Below, piece after piece: positions 28,782-38,805 of a DNA stretch of 64,000 nucleotides. The position numbers and the translations under genes were made by a program. Every line of letters begins with the position of its first letter. The stretch's first letter is position 1. The notes beneath the pieces were generated by a model. The model was not told the origin of the DNA. It saw nothing but the letters and a program-made list of their open reading frames with translations, and made no database searches. Source of the stretch: Vulcanimicrobiota bacterium (lineage in GTDB: Bacteria > Vulcanimicrobiota > Vulcanimicrobiia > Vulcanimicrobiales > Vulcanimicrobiaceae); assembly GCA_963786105.1 (NCBI GenBank), contig CAWAXX010000017.1, forward strand, positions 224,001 to 288,000, in the 5' to 3' direction.

Positions 28782-31454
28782 ATGCGCACGGCTGGTATTC
28801 TTGTCGCCGTCTTCGCGGCGGTGGCGGCTTCGGTTTGTTTTGCGGCGCCGGCTCGCGCGTCGGGGACGCTGCCGGCCGACGTAACGCGCGCTACGCTCTC
28901 CAACGGTCTGCGAGTGATCGTCGTCCACGATCCCTTGGCCCCGGTGGTCACGGCGATGATGAACTATCAAGTCGGATCGGACGAGCAATGGATCGACGGC
29001 CTCGCGCACGCGACCGAGCACATGATGTTTCGCGGAAGTGCGACGCTGTCGTCGTCGCAACTGATGGAAACCATGGAAATCACCGGCGGAAACTTCGACG
29101 CGGATACCCAGTCGACGGTCACGCAGTATTTTTTCACCGTGCCCTCAGAGTACCTCGATATTGCTCTGCGGGCCGAACGATCTCGCGCGACCGGCGTGGT
29201 CATGGCCCAGGATCAGTGGAACCAAGAGCGCGGTGCGATCACGCAAGAGGTGACTCAGGACAACTCCAACGCGTTGTATCGCTTGTTCGTGAAGATGCAG
29301 CAGCGCATCATTGGTGGGACGCCGTACGCGAAGAACGGTCTGGGAACCGTGTCGAGCTTCGAGCGCGACGTCAACGGCGACCAGCTCCTGAAGTTCTATC
29401 GCGCGTGGTATCATCCTAACAACGCGGTGTACGTGATCGTCGGCGACGTCGATGGACCGGCAACGGTTGCCGAAGTGAGACGGCTGTTCGGCGACGTTCC
29501 GGCCGCGAAGCTTCCGGCGCGCTCTCCCGTCACTCTGAAGCCGTTGCGGCCCGCCACCTATCACGACGTCTCGGATCAATCGTACACGGCGGTGCTCTTG
29601 GGCTACCGTCTTCCGGGTTACGACAGTGCCGACTATGCAGCCGCGCAAATCCTGGCCGACGTTCTCTCAAGCCAGCGCAGCGAGTTCGGCGCCATGCCGT
29701 ACGTCGGGAAGGCGCTAAACACGCAGTTCTTCGTCCAGACCTATCCGAAAACGGCCGTGGGCATTGCGTTCGCCGCCGTTCCGGTTGCTACCAAACCCGA
29801 GACGGTCGATCGCGAGGTGCGTTCGATCATCGCCGGGTACCGTCGAAGCGGGGTTCCGCCCGACTTAGTTTCAGCGGAGAAGTTACGCGAGATCTCGCAA
29901 CTCGAGTTCAACGGCAACTCAATCGAAGGTATGGCTAACGAGTGGAGTCAGGCGGTCGCCGTGCAGGAGCTGCGTTCGCCCGACGATATGATCGCTCGGT
30001 TCGAGGCGGTAAGCGTCGACGACGTCAACCGAGTCTTGCGCCGGAGTCTCGATAACTCGACGGTGGTTGCGGCCTATGCCGTGCCGAAAAATAGCGGCGC
30101 GGTCAGCGCCGGCGGCGGCGAGCTGGCAAAAGAGAACAATGCGATTCCACCGAGCAAGCACGAGCCGCTGCCGGTGTGGGCGCAGCACGTGCTCGACAAC
30201 TTGCAGGTGCCGCGACAAACGCTCGCGCCCACGGACGTGACGCTGTCCAATGGCATTCGATTGATCGTGCAGCCGGAGTTCATCACGCACACGGTGGTGG
30301 TCCGCGGTGAAATCCTCAACGACCCCAACGTGCAGGAGCCGGCCGGCCAGGAAGGCATCGACGACGTCGCTACCGCGCTCTTGCCCTATGGAACGGCTCG
30401 GTACGACCGGGTCGCGTTCCAGCGCGAACTCGATAAGATCGCCGCCAGCACGTCGGCTGGCACCGAATTCGGCCTGGACGTACTATCGGGAAGCTTCGAT
30501 CGCGGTCTCCAGTTGCTTGCGGACGAAGAGCTGCATCCAGCCTTCGACCCGAAAGCGTTCGCCGTCGTCAAGCGCCAAAGCGTCGGTGAACTGACGGGCG
30601 AAGCGACGTCGCCGGACCATCTTGCGGAGGTTGCGCTCGCAAAGGCCCTCTACCCGCCCGGCGATCCCGAGCAGCGATTTGCGTCTCCGCAGAGCGTGGG
30701 CGCTTTAACCCTCGACATGGTGAAGTCGTGGTATTCCGGCGCGTATCGTCCCGACCTCACGACGATCGTCGTCATCGGCGACACCACGCCGGAACAGGCT
30801 AAAGCCGAAGTCGAAAAATATTTCGGCGGCTGGACCGCACAGGGAAATAAGCCCAACACCGAGCCGCCGGCGGTGCCGCCCAATGCACCAAGTCAGGTCG
30901 CGGTACCGGCCACGGGGCGAGTTCAGTCGTCGGTCCAACTCGTCGAAACGGTACCGATGACGCGCACCGATCCCGCATGGCCGCTGTTGCAGGTCGCCGA
31001 CGCCGTACTCACCGGCGGGTTCTACTCGTCGCTGCTCTACCACGACTTGCGCGAAGTCCACGGCTATGCGTACTCGGTTAGCAGCGCGTTTGAAGCCGGC
31101 AAGGTTCGCAGCTCGTTTGAGGTTCGTTACGGCTGCGACCCGAAGAACGTCGTTCCGGCTGAGAGCCAAGTCCTCGCGGTGTTGCGTCAGTTGCAGCAAG
31201 CGCCGATCGAAGCGGATCGCCTATTGCGTTCCAAGGCCTTGCTCATGGGCGAAGTGCCGATCCGGCAAGCCAGTTACGACGGCGTGGGCGATCAACTCCT
31301 AAGTTACGCCAGCCGCGATTTGCCGCTGGATCAGAACGTTGTGGATGCGCGGGCGGAACTTGCCGCGTCGGGAGAGACCATTCGCTCCGCGCTTGCGAAG
31401 TACGTTCGCCCGGAATCCTTCGTTCGCGTCGTGATCGGGCCGCCGGCGAAGTGA
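28782..31454 (+). CDS. M16 family zinc peptidase (pitrilysin-like), exported
   Basis: Signal peptide, HATEH inverted zinc motif, two M16 halves. Confidence 0.9.
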   Translation: MRTAGILVAVFAAVAASVCFAAPARASGTLPADVTRATLSNGLRVIVVHDPLAPVVTAMMNYQVGSDEQWIDGLAHATEHMMFRGSATLSSSQLMETMEITGGNFDADTQSTVTQYFFTVPSEYLDIALRAERSRATGVVMAQDQWNQERGAITQEVTQDNSNALYRLFVKMQQRIIGGTPYAKNGLGTVSSFERDVNGDQLLKFYRAWYHPNNAVYVIVGDVDGPATVAEVRRLFGDVPAAKLPARSPVTLKPLRPATYHDVSDQSYTAVLLGYRLPGYDSADYAAAQILADVLSSQRSEFGAMPYVGKALNTQFFVQTYPKTAVGIAFAAVPVATKPETVDREVRSIIAGYRRSGVPPDLVSAEKLREISQLEFNGNSIEGMANEWSQAVAVQELRSPDDMIARFEAVSVDDVNRVLRRSLDNSTVVAAYAVPKNSGAVSAGGGELAKENNAIPPSKHEPLPVWAQHVLDNLQVPRQTLAPTDVTLSNGIRLIVQPEFITHTVVVRGEILNDPNVQEPAGQEGIDDVATALLPYGTARYDRVAFQRELDKIAASTSAGTEFGLDVLSGSFDRGLQLLADEELHPAFDPKAFAVVKRQSVGELTGEATSPDHLAEVALAKALYPPGDPEQRFASPQSVGALTLDMVKSWYSGAYRPDLTTIVVIGDTTPEQAKAEVEKYFGGWTAQGNKPNTEPPAVPPNAPSQVAVPATGRVQSSVQLVETVPMTRTDPAWPLLQVADAVLTGGFYSSLLYHDLREVHGYAYSVSSAFEAGKVRSSFEVRYGCDPKNVVPAESQVLAVLRQLQQAPIEADRLLRSKALLMGEVPIRQASYDGVGDQLLSYASRDLPLDQNVVDARAELAASGETIRSALAKYVRPESFVRVVIGPPAK

Positions 31455-32158
31455 TGCGCGACGGAGTCGCCGGCGTCGGGTTCGATCTGGATCATACGAT
31501 CGCGATCGACAATAAGCTCGAACGCGTCGCGCTGATGCGCGTGTTGGAAGCCATCTTGGACGACGGCGGATACGCACTCGGGACGTTAGCCGAGGAGAGC
31601 GATCGGATCGACGACCTGCTCGTGCAGCAGCGCAACGGGAAGTTTTCGATCGACGATGCGGTTCGTGCATTCGCGCGCGAACGCGGCGTTCCGCCGCGAG
31701 ACGAGTACGTCGAGCTTTTCCGAACGTTGGCCGTCGATATGGTCGACGAGTTCGTCATTCCGCTGCTTGGCGCTAAGCACACGTTCCAAGCGCTGCGCGA
31801 GCGGGGCGTGCGGCTGGCGGTGCTTAGCAACGGCTGGAATCCGCTGCAGGTGCGAAAGGCGCAACGCGCCGGGTTCGAGGGCCCGATCCTGGCCAGCGCC
31901 GACCTGGGCGTGCAGAAGCCCTCCGCCCGCGCTTTCGCGGCGTTACTGGACGCGCTAGGCACGAGGGCCGAGAACACGTGGTACGTCGGCGACGATCCAC
32001 GCTGCGACGTCAGCGGTGCGCGCGCCGCGGGACTGCACGGGGTCTGGCTCGATGCCGAGCACAAGGCGTATCCGCCGGAAGTCGTTCCACCGAATTACAC
32101 GATCCACTCCTTAGAAGAGCTGGTACAACTAATCCCGGCCGCGTCGACGATCCGATGA
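31454..32158 (+). CDS. HAD-superfamily hydrolase
   Basis: FDLDHT, LSNG, KP, VGDD...D motifs. Confidence 0.88.
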   Translation: MRDGVAGVGFDLDHTIAIDNKLERVALMRVLEAILDDGGYALGTLAEESDRIDDLLVQQRNGKFSIDDAVRAFARERGVPPRDEYVELFRTLAVDMVDEFVIPLLGAKHTFQALRERGVRLAVLSNGWNPLQVRKAQRAGFEGPILASADLGVQKPSARAFAALLDALGTRAENTWYVGDDPRCDVSGARAAGLHGVWLDAEHKAYPPEVVPPNYTIHSLEELVQLIPAASTIR

Positions 32159-33903
32159 CACCCCACCGCCGCGCTGGGTTCGTCGCAGTCGCCTTCGCCG
32201 TCGCGTGCACGGCCGTCGGTCATGCCGCCGCGAGCGGCGATTATCAAGCGAAGCTGATCGATTTGGACCGCCGCTATACGATGTGGTCGTTCGAACAAAA
32301 CCCGACCTCCGCGACCGATTCGGGAGTCCACACCTACGACGCCAAGCTGGCTGAGTTCTCACCGGCCGAGCAGGCGGCGTCGTTGTCCCACCTGCGCGAG
32401 TTTCGCTCCGAACTCGTCGCCTTGCAGCCACCGGCCGGCGCAACCCCACACGAGCGGGTCGATTATCTCCTCGTTCGCTCCGACCTCGAAGCCGACTGGT
32501 GGAATCGCGGCGTGCTGCGGAGCCTTCAACGCAATCCAACCGTGTACGAGGGCGAGTGCGCCAACGGTATCTTCTCGATTGTGAAGCGGCAATACGCCTC
32601 CGACGACGTTCGCGTGCGCGATGCGATCGGCCGCTTGCGCGCGTGTCCGCGCGTCTTGAGCGAAGGAGAAGCGAATCTTACGGATACCGTCCGAGAGTTC
32701 GCGCAGATCGCGTCGGAGGACGTTCGTGACGGCGATTCGCTCTACACCACAACGCTCGATGGGATCGCTCGCGACGTTAGTTCGCAGCGCCGCGCCGAGT
32801 TGCGTGTGGCGGTTGCGGCGGCGCTGGACTCGCTGCACGCGTATCGGGCATGGCTCGAGGCGCACATGTCCGCGTTCCATGCCGGCGGCTTTGCCGTCGG
32901 GAAGGAACAATACGAATGGTACCTGCGACGGGCGTTGTTGTTACCGTTCGACAGCGCCGAAGTTGCGACCATCGGACGGCTCGAGCTGTCGCGCGACCGC
33001 GCGTTGGAGGCGTGGGAGGCCAATCGCGACGCGCACGAACCGGCGCCGCCGTCACAGCCTGCGTTCGCAACGAAGGCGGCGTTCCTGCAGTACTACGAAG
33101 CGTCGCTCGCCCGCCTGAAGGCCTTCGTCGTGGATCGCAGCATCGTCGACATCCCGTCGTACGTCGGACCATTTCATATCGTCGAAGTTCCCAAGGCGCT
33201 GGCAGCGACGTATCCGGGGGGCTTCATGAATCCGCCCGGCATGCTGTCGGCCGATCCGCAAGGATTTTACTTCGTTCCGGACTTCAGCTCGAGCAACACG
33301 AGCTTTTTCGTCGAGCAGGCGCGCCAGTCGGTCTTACCGATCCTGGGCCACGAGGGAATTCCGGGACATTTCCTGCAGTTCAGCTACGCCTATCACAACC
33401 CCGACTTCATTCGTCACGTGCACGACGACGGGGTGTTTGCCGAGGGTTGGGCGTTCTATGGCGAAGAGATGCTGATGCGGCAAGGGCTCTACGAACGCGA
33501 TCCGGCTGCCCGGCGCCAAGTCATTCACCTCATGCGCCATCGGGCGACTCGCATCGGAGTCGACGTCGCGCTTGCGACCGGCGCGATGTCGCTGCCCGAG
33601 GCAATTGCGTACTTCCAAAAGAATGCCGGAATCGACTACGCGACGGCGCGTGGGGAAGCGACCCGCTTTGCGATGAATCCGGGACAAGCCATCGACTATC
33701 TCGTCGGCAAGACGCAGATCGAGACCCTGCTCGGTCTCGTGAGCGACGCCGGCGGCCCGGCCTTCTCGCTGCGGGGATTCCACGATCGGCTGCTTTCCTA
33801 CGGAACCGTGCCGTTTTCGACCGTACGCTACGAGTGGCTTGGCGACGATGCTTGGCTCGCACCAGTACGCGATCCCGTCGCGCCGCAGGACTTCACCCCG
33901 TGA
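32155..33903 (+). CDS. DUF885 family protein
   Basis: HEGIPGHFLQ, EGWAFYGE, PGQA..Y..G motifs; signal peptide. Confidence 0.88.
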   Translation: MTPHRRAGFVAVAFAVACTAVGHAAASGDYQAKLIDLDRRYTMWSFEQNPTSATDSGVHTYDAKLAEFSPAEQAASLSHLREFRSELVALQPPAGATPHERVDYLLVRSDLEADWWNRGVLRSLQRNPTVYEGECANGIFSIVKRQYASDDVRVRDAIGRLRACPRVLSEGEANLTDTVREFAQIASEDVRDGDSLYTTTLDGIARDVSSQRRAELRVAVAAALDSLHAYRAWLEAHMSAFHAGGFAVGKEQYEWYLRRALLLPFDSAEVATIGRLELSRDRALEAWEANRDAHEPAPPSQPAFATKAAFLQYYEASLARLKAFVVDRSIVDIPSYVGPFHIVEVPKALAATYPGGFMNPPGMLSADPQGFYFVPDFSSSNTSFFVEQARQSVLPILGHEGIPGHFLQFSYAYHNPDFIRHVHDDGVFAEGWAFYGEEMLMRQGLYERDPAARRQVIHLMRHRATRIGVDVALATGAMSLPEAIAYFQKNAGIDYATARGEATRFAMNPGQAIDYLVGKTQIETLLGLVSDAGGPAFSLRGFHDRLLSYGTVPFSTVRYEWLGDDAWLAPVRDPVAPQDFTP

Positions 33904-34457
33904 GTCCGCGCATCACCAGCGGCTCGCTCGGCAGCCGTAAGCTGCGCTCACCGAAGGGGACGAACGTGCGTCCGACGCCCGGCCGCGTCAAGGAGTCACT
34001 GTTTTCGATCCTCACCGGCCGTCTCGAAGGCGCGCGCGTGCTGGATTTGTTTGCCGGCACCGGAGCCATCGGCTTCGAGGCGGCATCGCGCGGTGCGGCT
34101 AGCGTGGTCGCGGTAGAATCTCACCGCGAGACGGCCGCGGCCATCGAAGAGGCCGCCAAGGGCTTTGGCGTCAACGACGTCGTGAGCGTCTTTGCTGCGC
34201 CGGCGGAGCGCGCGCTCTATAGACTGCAGGGACCTTTCGACCTCGTGTATCTCGACCCGCCGTACGCGAGCGCCGTGCCGCTGCAGCTTTTCGGCCTCTT
34301 GCGCGAGCGCGGACTGTTAGCACCGGACGCGCTGGTCGTCTACGAGCACGCGGCACGAACGATCCTTCCGGAAATACCGGGGTATCGCTCGGTGCGCGAA
34401 GAAGTCTACGGCGATGTCGCTCTCGCCTTTTTGGCGCCGCAGTCGTCACCGGCTTGA
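33900..34457 (+). CDS. rsmD: 16S rRNA (guanine(966)-N2)-methyltransferase
   Basis: RPT...VKESLF, LDLFAGTG, DPPY; lies directly upstream of coaD. Confidence 0.93.
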   Translation: MSPRITSGSLGSRKLRSPKGTNVRPTPGRVKESLFSILTGRLEGARVLDLFAGTGAIGFEAASRGAASVVAVESHRETAAAIEEAAKGFGVNDVVSVFAAPAERALYRLQGPFDLVYLDPPYASAVPLQLFGLLRERGLLAPDALVVYEHAARTILPEIPGYRSVREEVYGDVALAFLAPQSSPA

Positions 34458-34975
34458 CCAACGGTAAGCCGTCGCGCAGCACCCGCGCGATCTATCCAGG
34501 TTCCTTCGATCCACCGACCTGCGGTCATCTCGACGTCATCGAACGGGCTGCCAAGTGCTTCGGCGAACTCGTCGTCGCCATCGTCGTCAATCCTCAGAAG
34601 CGCAGCCCGATGTTCTCGCTGGACGAGCGCGTCGCGATGCTCAAGGAGTGCATCGCGCCTATTAGCAACGCTCGAGTCGAACATTTTCGGGGATTATTGG
34701 CCGATTACGTCAAAGCAGCCGAGGCGGATGTCATCGTCAAGGGGTTGCGCGTAGTTTCCGATTTCGAGAGCGAAATGTCGGCCGCGCTGATGAATCGCGC
34801 GCTCTCCGAGGTCGATACGTTTTTCCTGATGTCGGACCAGAAGTACTCATTCGTTAGCTCGAGCCTCGTCAAAGAGGTGTTCTTTCTCGGCGGCGACGTA
34901 GGGTCGCTCGTTCCCGAACCGGTTTTGCGTCTGATGGCCCTCAAACGCGCCGGATTACACGAATCCCACTCTTAA
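34454..34975 (+). CDS. coaD: Pantetheine-phosphate adenylyltransferase
   Basis: YPGSFDP.T.GH, GLR..SDFE.E, VSSSLVKE. Confidence 0.95.
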   Translation: MTNGKPSRSTRAIYPGSFDPPTCGHLDVIERAAKCFGELVVAIVVNPQKRSPMFSLDERVAMLKECIAPISNARVEHFRGLLADYVKAAEADVIVKGLRVVSDFESEMSAALMNRALSEVDTFFLMSDQKYSFVSSSLVKEVFFLGGDVGSLVPEPVLRLMALKRAGLHESHS

Positions 34976-34986
34976 CGGAGGTAGAA

Positions 34987-35553
34987 ATGTCGGTCTATCG
35001 CGTGTTGGATAAACTCGAAGCCTACGTCCACGAAGGGACGTGGCTCCCCGCGGGTTACCGCGTGTTGTCTGAAGAGCGCCTCATCGAGCTGGTCGAAAAA
35101 ATTCGCGCCTCCTTGCCGGTGGAGGTTGGGCGCGCAAAGATTATCGCGAAGGATCAGGACCGCGTGCTGCGCGCCGCTCAGGAAAAAGCTCAGGCCATCG
35201 TGGACGAGGCGGCCAGCAAACATGAGGAGTTAGTAGACCAAAACGAGATCGTGCAGCGCGCGCGCACGACCGCCGACGTCGTTTTGCGCGAAGCTGAAGA
35301 GGCTGCGCGGAAGATCCGGGAAGGCGCCGACGGGTACGCCGCTCAGGTCCTCGGCGAGATGGAAGGCCGCTTATCGACGGCGATCGGGGCGGTTCGAAAA
35401 GGCCGCGAATCGTTGGCGCGTCCCGCGCCGGCGTCGGGCCAGGCATCCTCTGCGGAGCCGTTGGCCGATGCCGCCGCAAAAAGCAAGCGAGCGGCCTTCG
35501 ACTCGCAGACGGCCGGCGAGGAAACCGCAGCACTCGAATCAGTTGAAGCATAA
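34987..35553 (+). CDS. Coiled-coil protein conserved downstream of coaD (DivIVA/SepIVA- or ATP synthase b-like)
   Basis: GGAGG SD; LP.E...A..I..., GAD.YA pattern; position after rsmD-coaD. Confidence 0.75.
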   Translation: MSVYRVLDKLEAYVHEGTWLPAGYRVLSEERLIELVEKIRASLPVEVGRAKIIAKDQDRVLRAAQEKAQAIVDEAASKHEELVDQNEIVQRARTTADVVLREAEEAARKIREGADGYAAQVLGEMEGRLSTAIGAVRKGRESLARPAPASGQASSAEPLADAAAKSKRAAFDSQTAGEETAALESVEA

Positions 35554-35570
35554 GTGGGTATAAGCGGTCT

Positions 35571-35987
35571 ATGAAAATTCTCGCAAGCATGCTAGCCCTC
35601 GCGAGCGTTCTGGCGGTTCCGGCCATCGCCGACCAAATCGGCGGCGGGATTTCAGGTTACGTCGTCGACCTCAAATCCGGGAAGCCTATCGACCACGCCG
35701 TCATCACGTATTATCGCGCGCCGTTCATCGAAAATGCGACCAACATCATGAAGCTCGAAACGGACCGACATGGATACTTTCGAGACATCACGCTCGAACC
35801 GGGTCGCTACATCGTCATGGCTCAGGTCCCGGGGAAGATTCTGGGATGTGTCGTCGACGACGTGCAAAGTGGCGAGATCTCACGGATGAAGATCGAAATC
35901 GGCCACGATGCCATCATGTGCTCGGGCCCGCGCGTCCATCCGACGTTAGTGGATCCCAACGCCACCGCCGACGTCTACAGGATCTAA
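35571..35987 (+). CDS. Secreted carboxypeptidase regulatory-like domain protein
   Basis: Signal peptide; G.V.D...GKPI..A, TD..G.F...LEPG.Y pattern. Confidence 0.75.
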   Translation: MKILASMLALASVLAVPAIADQIGGGISGYVVDLKSGKPIDHAVITYYRAPFIENATNIMKLETDRHGYFRDITLEPGRYIVMAQVPGKILGCVVDDVQSGEISRMKIEIGHDAIMCSGPRVHPTLVDPNATADVYRI

Positions 35988-35990
35988 CTG

Positions 35991-36033
35991 CGTCATCCTG
36001 AGCGGAGGCGCGTAGCGCCGCAGTCGAAGGACG
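35991..36033. repeat. REP-like palindromic element (GTCATCCTGAGC...GTCGAAGGA type)
   Basis: CGTCATCCTGAGCGGAGGCGCGTAGCGCCGCAGTCGAAGGACG folds into a hairpin between convergent genes; single copy in the window, family recognised from memory. Confidence 0.6.
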
Positions 36034-36047
36034 AGCGGAGAGTGCGG

Positions 36048-36995
36048 TTATACGGGCGGCGCTTGGACGTTGTGGGCGAACGCTTCCAACCGGGCACGAT
36101 CGATGGCTTTGACGCGCCCGCGGTCTAACTCGACCGCGCCGGCGTTTTTCAGTCGCAGGAGCGCGCGGGCCGCCATGTCGCGAACGGTGCCGGCAGCGGC
36201 GGCGATCTGCGCTTGCGAAAGGTGTTCGACGCCGGGAAGGCCGCGCGTCATGCCGACCGAGGCGCGCGCGTAGCCGAGTAAAAACTTTGCAACGCGCTGC
36301 AGAACGTGCGCGAAGGCAAGGTCGGCGATGGTATCGATGGAGCGCCGCCGCGCTTGAGACGACGCAATCAAAAATCCCAACGCGAGTTCGGCGTCGTTGC
36401 GTGCGGCGTGGATTACCGCTTCGCTCGGCAGTGTCACCACCGTCGCGTCGGTTAAGGCTTCCGCTCGCGTCGTGGCGCCGCCGCCGTCGAACGTCCCGCT
36501 TTCGTTGAGCGTGTCGTGCGTGAGGCGCTCGCCGATCGTATGGGTCTTCCCGTCGGGCGACAGCAGCGTGTAGATGACTTTGCCCGTCTTGACGATGCCG
36601 AGGTACGGCCACATTTCGCCTTCGTCGAAAATCGTATCGCCCGACTTGTAGGTACGCTCGCTCATCTGCCCGGCAAGCTCTTTGATGGTGCTGGCTTTGG
36701 CCGCCGTGAATTGCGGCACGTGCACCAGAAACGTCTCGCCATCGGCATGCTCGTCAATACGTTCGAGCCGGATCGTCCAGCGGTTGCTTCCGAGGTTACG
36801 AGCATCCCATGAGAAATGCCCGGCCCGCATCTGCGTCATTTCGTTGCGCAGCGCGCGGGGGTCGGTCTCTTCGTTGATTTCCAACGCCGTACCGACCTGA
36901 AGTCTATCGAACGCCTCGAGAATTTGGTCGGTCCTGGTTGCGGCGGAAAGCGAGCGGGCGTCGAGGCTTACGGCGGCTGGACGATTGATCGGCAT
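36048..36995 (-). CDS. Crp/Fnr family regulator with N-terminal DUF2249-like domain
   Basis: LDAR......I...FD.L..G...E.IN..DP.L N-terminal domain; cNMP domain; SQAQIA...GT.R...R.L..L HTH. Confidence 0.85.
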   Translation of the reverse strand: MPINRPAAVSLDARSLSAATRTDQILEAFDRLQVGTALEINEETDPRALRNEMTQMRAGHFSWDARNLGSNRWTIRLERIDEHADGETFLVHVPQFTAAKASTIKELAGQMSERTYKSGDTIFDEGEMWPYLGIVKTGKVIYTLLSPDGKTHTIGERLTHDTLNESGTFDGGGATTRAEALTDATVVTLPSEAVIHAARNDAELALGFLIASSQARRRSIDTIADLAFAHVLQRVAKFLLGYARASVGMTRGLPGVEHLSQAQIAAAAGTVRDMAARALLRLKNAGAVELDRGRVKAIDRARLEAFAHNVQAPPV

Positions 36996-37048
36996 AGCCG
37001 GGCGGTTTTAGGGATGGCCCATCAATGCGCCTGCCGAAGGCGCCGTCC

Positions 37049-38257
37049 ATGACCAGCTCCCCCAGCGATAGCGATATCGTCATCATCGCAGGCGCCCGCA
37101 CAGCTTTCGGCAACCTCGGCGGCGTACTGGCCGATCTCTCGGCAACCGATTTAGCCGTGGCCGCGGCCGAGGCCGCAATCGCCCGGAGCGGCATTCCCAA
37201 GGAGCGTATCGACGAGGTGGTCTTCGGAAACGTCATGCAGACGAGTGCCGACGCCATCTACCTTGCGCGTCACGTTGGGCTGCGTGTCGGATTGCCCATC
37301 GAGGCGCCGGCGCTCACCCTCAACCGTCTGTGCGGATCGGGCTTGCAGGCAATTCTTTCGGCCGGGCAGTCGCTCGCGCTCGGAACGGCCACGTACGCGC
37401 TTGCCGGTGGAACTGAGAATATGAGCCAATCGCCGCATGTCGTGCGAGGCGCGCGTCGCGGCTTTAGTTTCGGACAGAACGTGGCGTTCGAAGATTCGCT
37501 CTGGACCGCCCTCACCGACTCTTATGGAAATACGCCGATGGCGATCACCGCGGAGAACTTAGCAAAGAAATACGGCGTCTCGCGCGAAGAGTGCGACGCT
37601 TTCGCCCTCGCGAGTCAAGAGCGCGCCCTCGAAGCGCAGTCCAACGGATATTTCGCCGAAGAGATTGCGCCGGTCGACGTACCGGGGCCGAAAGGCTCGA
37701 CGGTCACCGTCGAAAAGGACGAAGGGCCGCGCGCCGGCCTTTCGATGGAGAAGCTCGGCAGACTACCCGCGCGTTTCGTCAAAGACGGCGTCGTCACACC
37801 GGGGAATGCCAGTGGAATCACCGACGGTGCGGCGGCCGTTGTGCTGACGACGGTGAAGCAAGCCAAGGCCGACGGCGTCGAATGGATCGGCCGGATCGTC
37901 GGCGCGAGCGTGGTGGGTGTCGATCCTAGCCTCATGGGGATCGGTCCCGCATTTTCGATTCCTAAGGCGCTTTCGCGGGCAGGCATCGGCAAAGACGATC
38001 TTGCGGTGATGGAAATCAACGAGGCATTTGCGCCCCAAGTCCTCGCCTGTTTGCGCGAACTCGGCCTGCACCGCAACGGCCTTCGACTCAATCCGCACGG
38101 CGGAGCGATTTCGCTGGGCCACCCTTTGGGCGCTTCGGGAGCGAGGCTGGCGATTACGACGCTGCACGACTTGCGCGAACGCGGCGGCGGATATGGCATC
38201 GCTTCGGCGTGCATTGGGGGAGGCCAGGGTATCGCGGCGGTGTTCGCCGCGCAATAG
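37049..38257 (+). CDS. Thiolase (acetyl-CoA C-acyltransferase)
   Basis: NRLCGSG, NEAFA, GHPLGASG, CIGGGQG. Confidence 0.95.
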   Translation: MTSSPSDSDIVIIAGARTAFGNLGGVLADLSATDLAVAAAEAAIARSGIPKERIDEVVFGNVMQTSADAIYLARHVGLRVGLPIEAPALTLNRLCGSGLQAILSAGQSLALGTATYALAGGTENMSQSPHVVRGARRGFSFGQNVAFEDSLWTALTDSYGNTPMAITAENLAKKYGVSREECDAFALASQERALEAQSNGYFAEEIAPVDVPGPKGSTVTVEKDEGPRAGLSMEKLGRLPARFVKDGVVTPGNASGITDGAAAVVLTTVKQAKADGVEWIGRIVGASVVGVDPSLMGIGPAFSIPKALSRAGIGKDDLAVMEINEAFAPQVLACLRELGLHRNGLRLNPHGGAISLGHPLGASGARLAITTLHDLRERGGGYGIASACIGGGQGIAAVFAAQ

Positions 38258-38268
38258 CCGCCGGCGCA

Positions 38269-38805
38269 ATGATAGCAAACCCGAGGCCGGCAATTCCGTG
38301 GGCGAGAGTCTGGGACGTTATCGCGCTCCTGGTCGTCGCGTTCGTGCTTTGGAAGATTTTCGTCGCGCCGCGTTCGTTCGCCATTGCGGCGTCGGCAGCA
38401 ATCGCGCCGCACGCGACCTTTGAGCGGTTGGACGGAAGGACGTTCCGGGTGGCCGACGCGCGCGGACGCTTGCTGTTCTTAGATTTCTACGCGTCGTGGT
38501 GCACGCCGTGCAAGGTCGAGCTACCGCTGGTGCGGTCCTGGGCTCGGACGCATACACGTGCGCTGGTGGTTCCCGTCGACGTCGCCGAACCGCGCGTCGC
38601 CGTCGCCGCCTTCGCGCGCAAGTACGGGTTGGACAACGTGGCGCTCGACCCGCACGCCGACGCGCAGGGCATTTTTTCGGTCGCCGGTTTCCCTACGGTC
38701 GTAGTGATCGATCCACAGGGTCGAATTCGCGCGAAGTGGGAAGGCCTCAACCCGGCCATAGCGATGGCCATGAGCAACGCCGAGAGCGCGCTCGGGACGC
38801 GTTAG
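38269..38805 (+). CDS. TlpA-family thiol-disulfide oxidoreductase
   Basis: Membrane anchor, FYASWCTPC, FPT...ID..G. Confidence 0.88.
   Translation: MIANPRPAIPWARVWDVIALLVVAFVLWKIFVAPRSFAIAASAAIAPHATFERLDGRTFRVADARGRLLFLDFYASWCTPCKVELPLVRSWARTHTRALVVPVDVAEPRVAVAAFARKYGLDNVALDPHADAQGIFSVAGFPTVVVIDPQGRIRAKWEGLNPAIAMAMSNAESALGTR

Noticed and set aside
32850..33899. Long N-terminal extensions on rsmD (likewise hypE, the SIS gene and the class V aminotransferase)
   Set aside because: Open off-frames within upstream genes, expected at high GC; the true starts lie at or next to the upstream stop codons.
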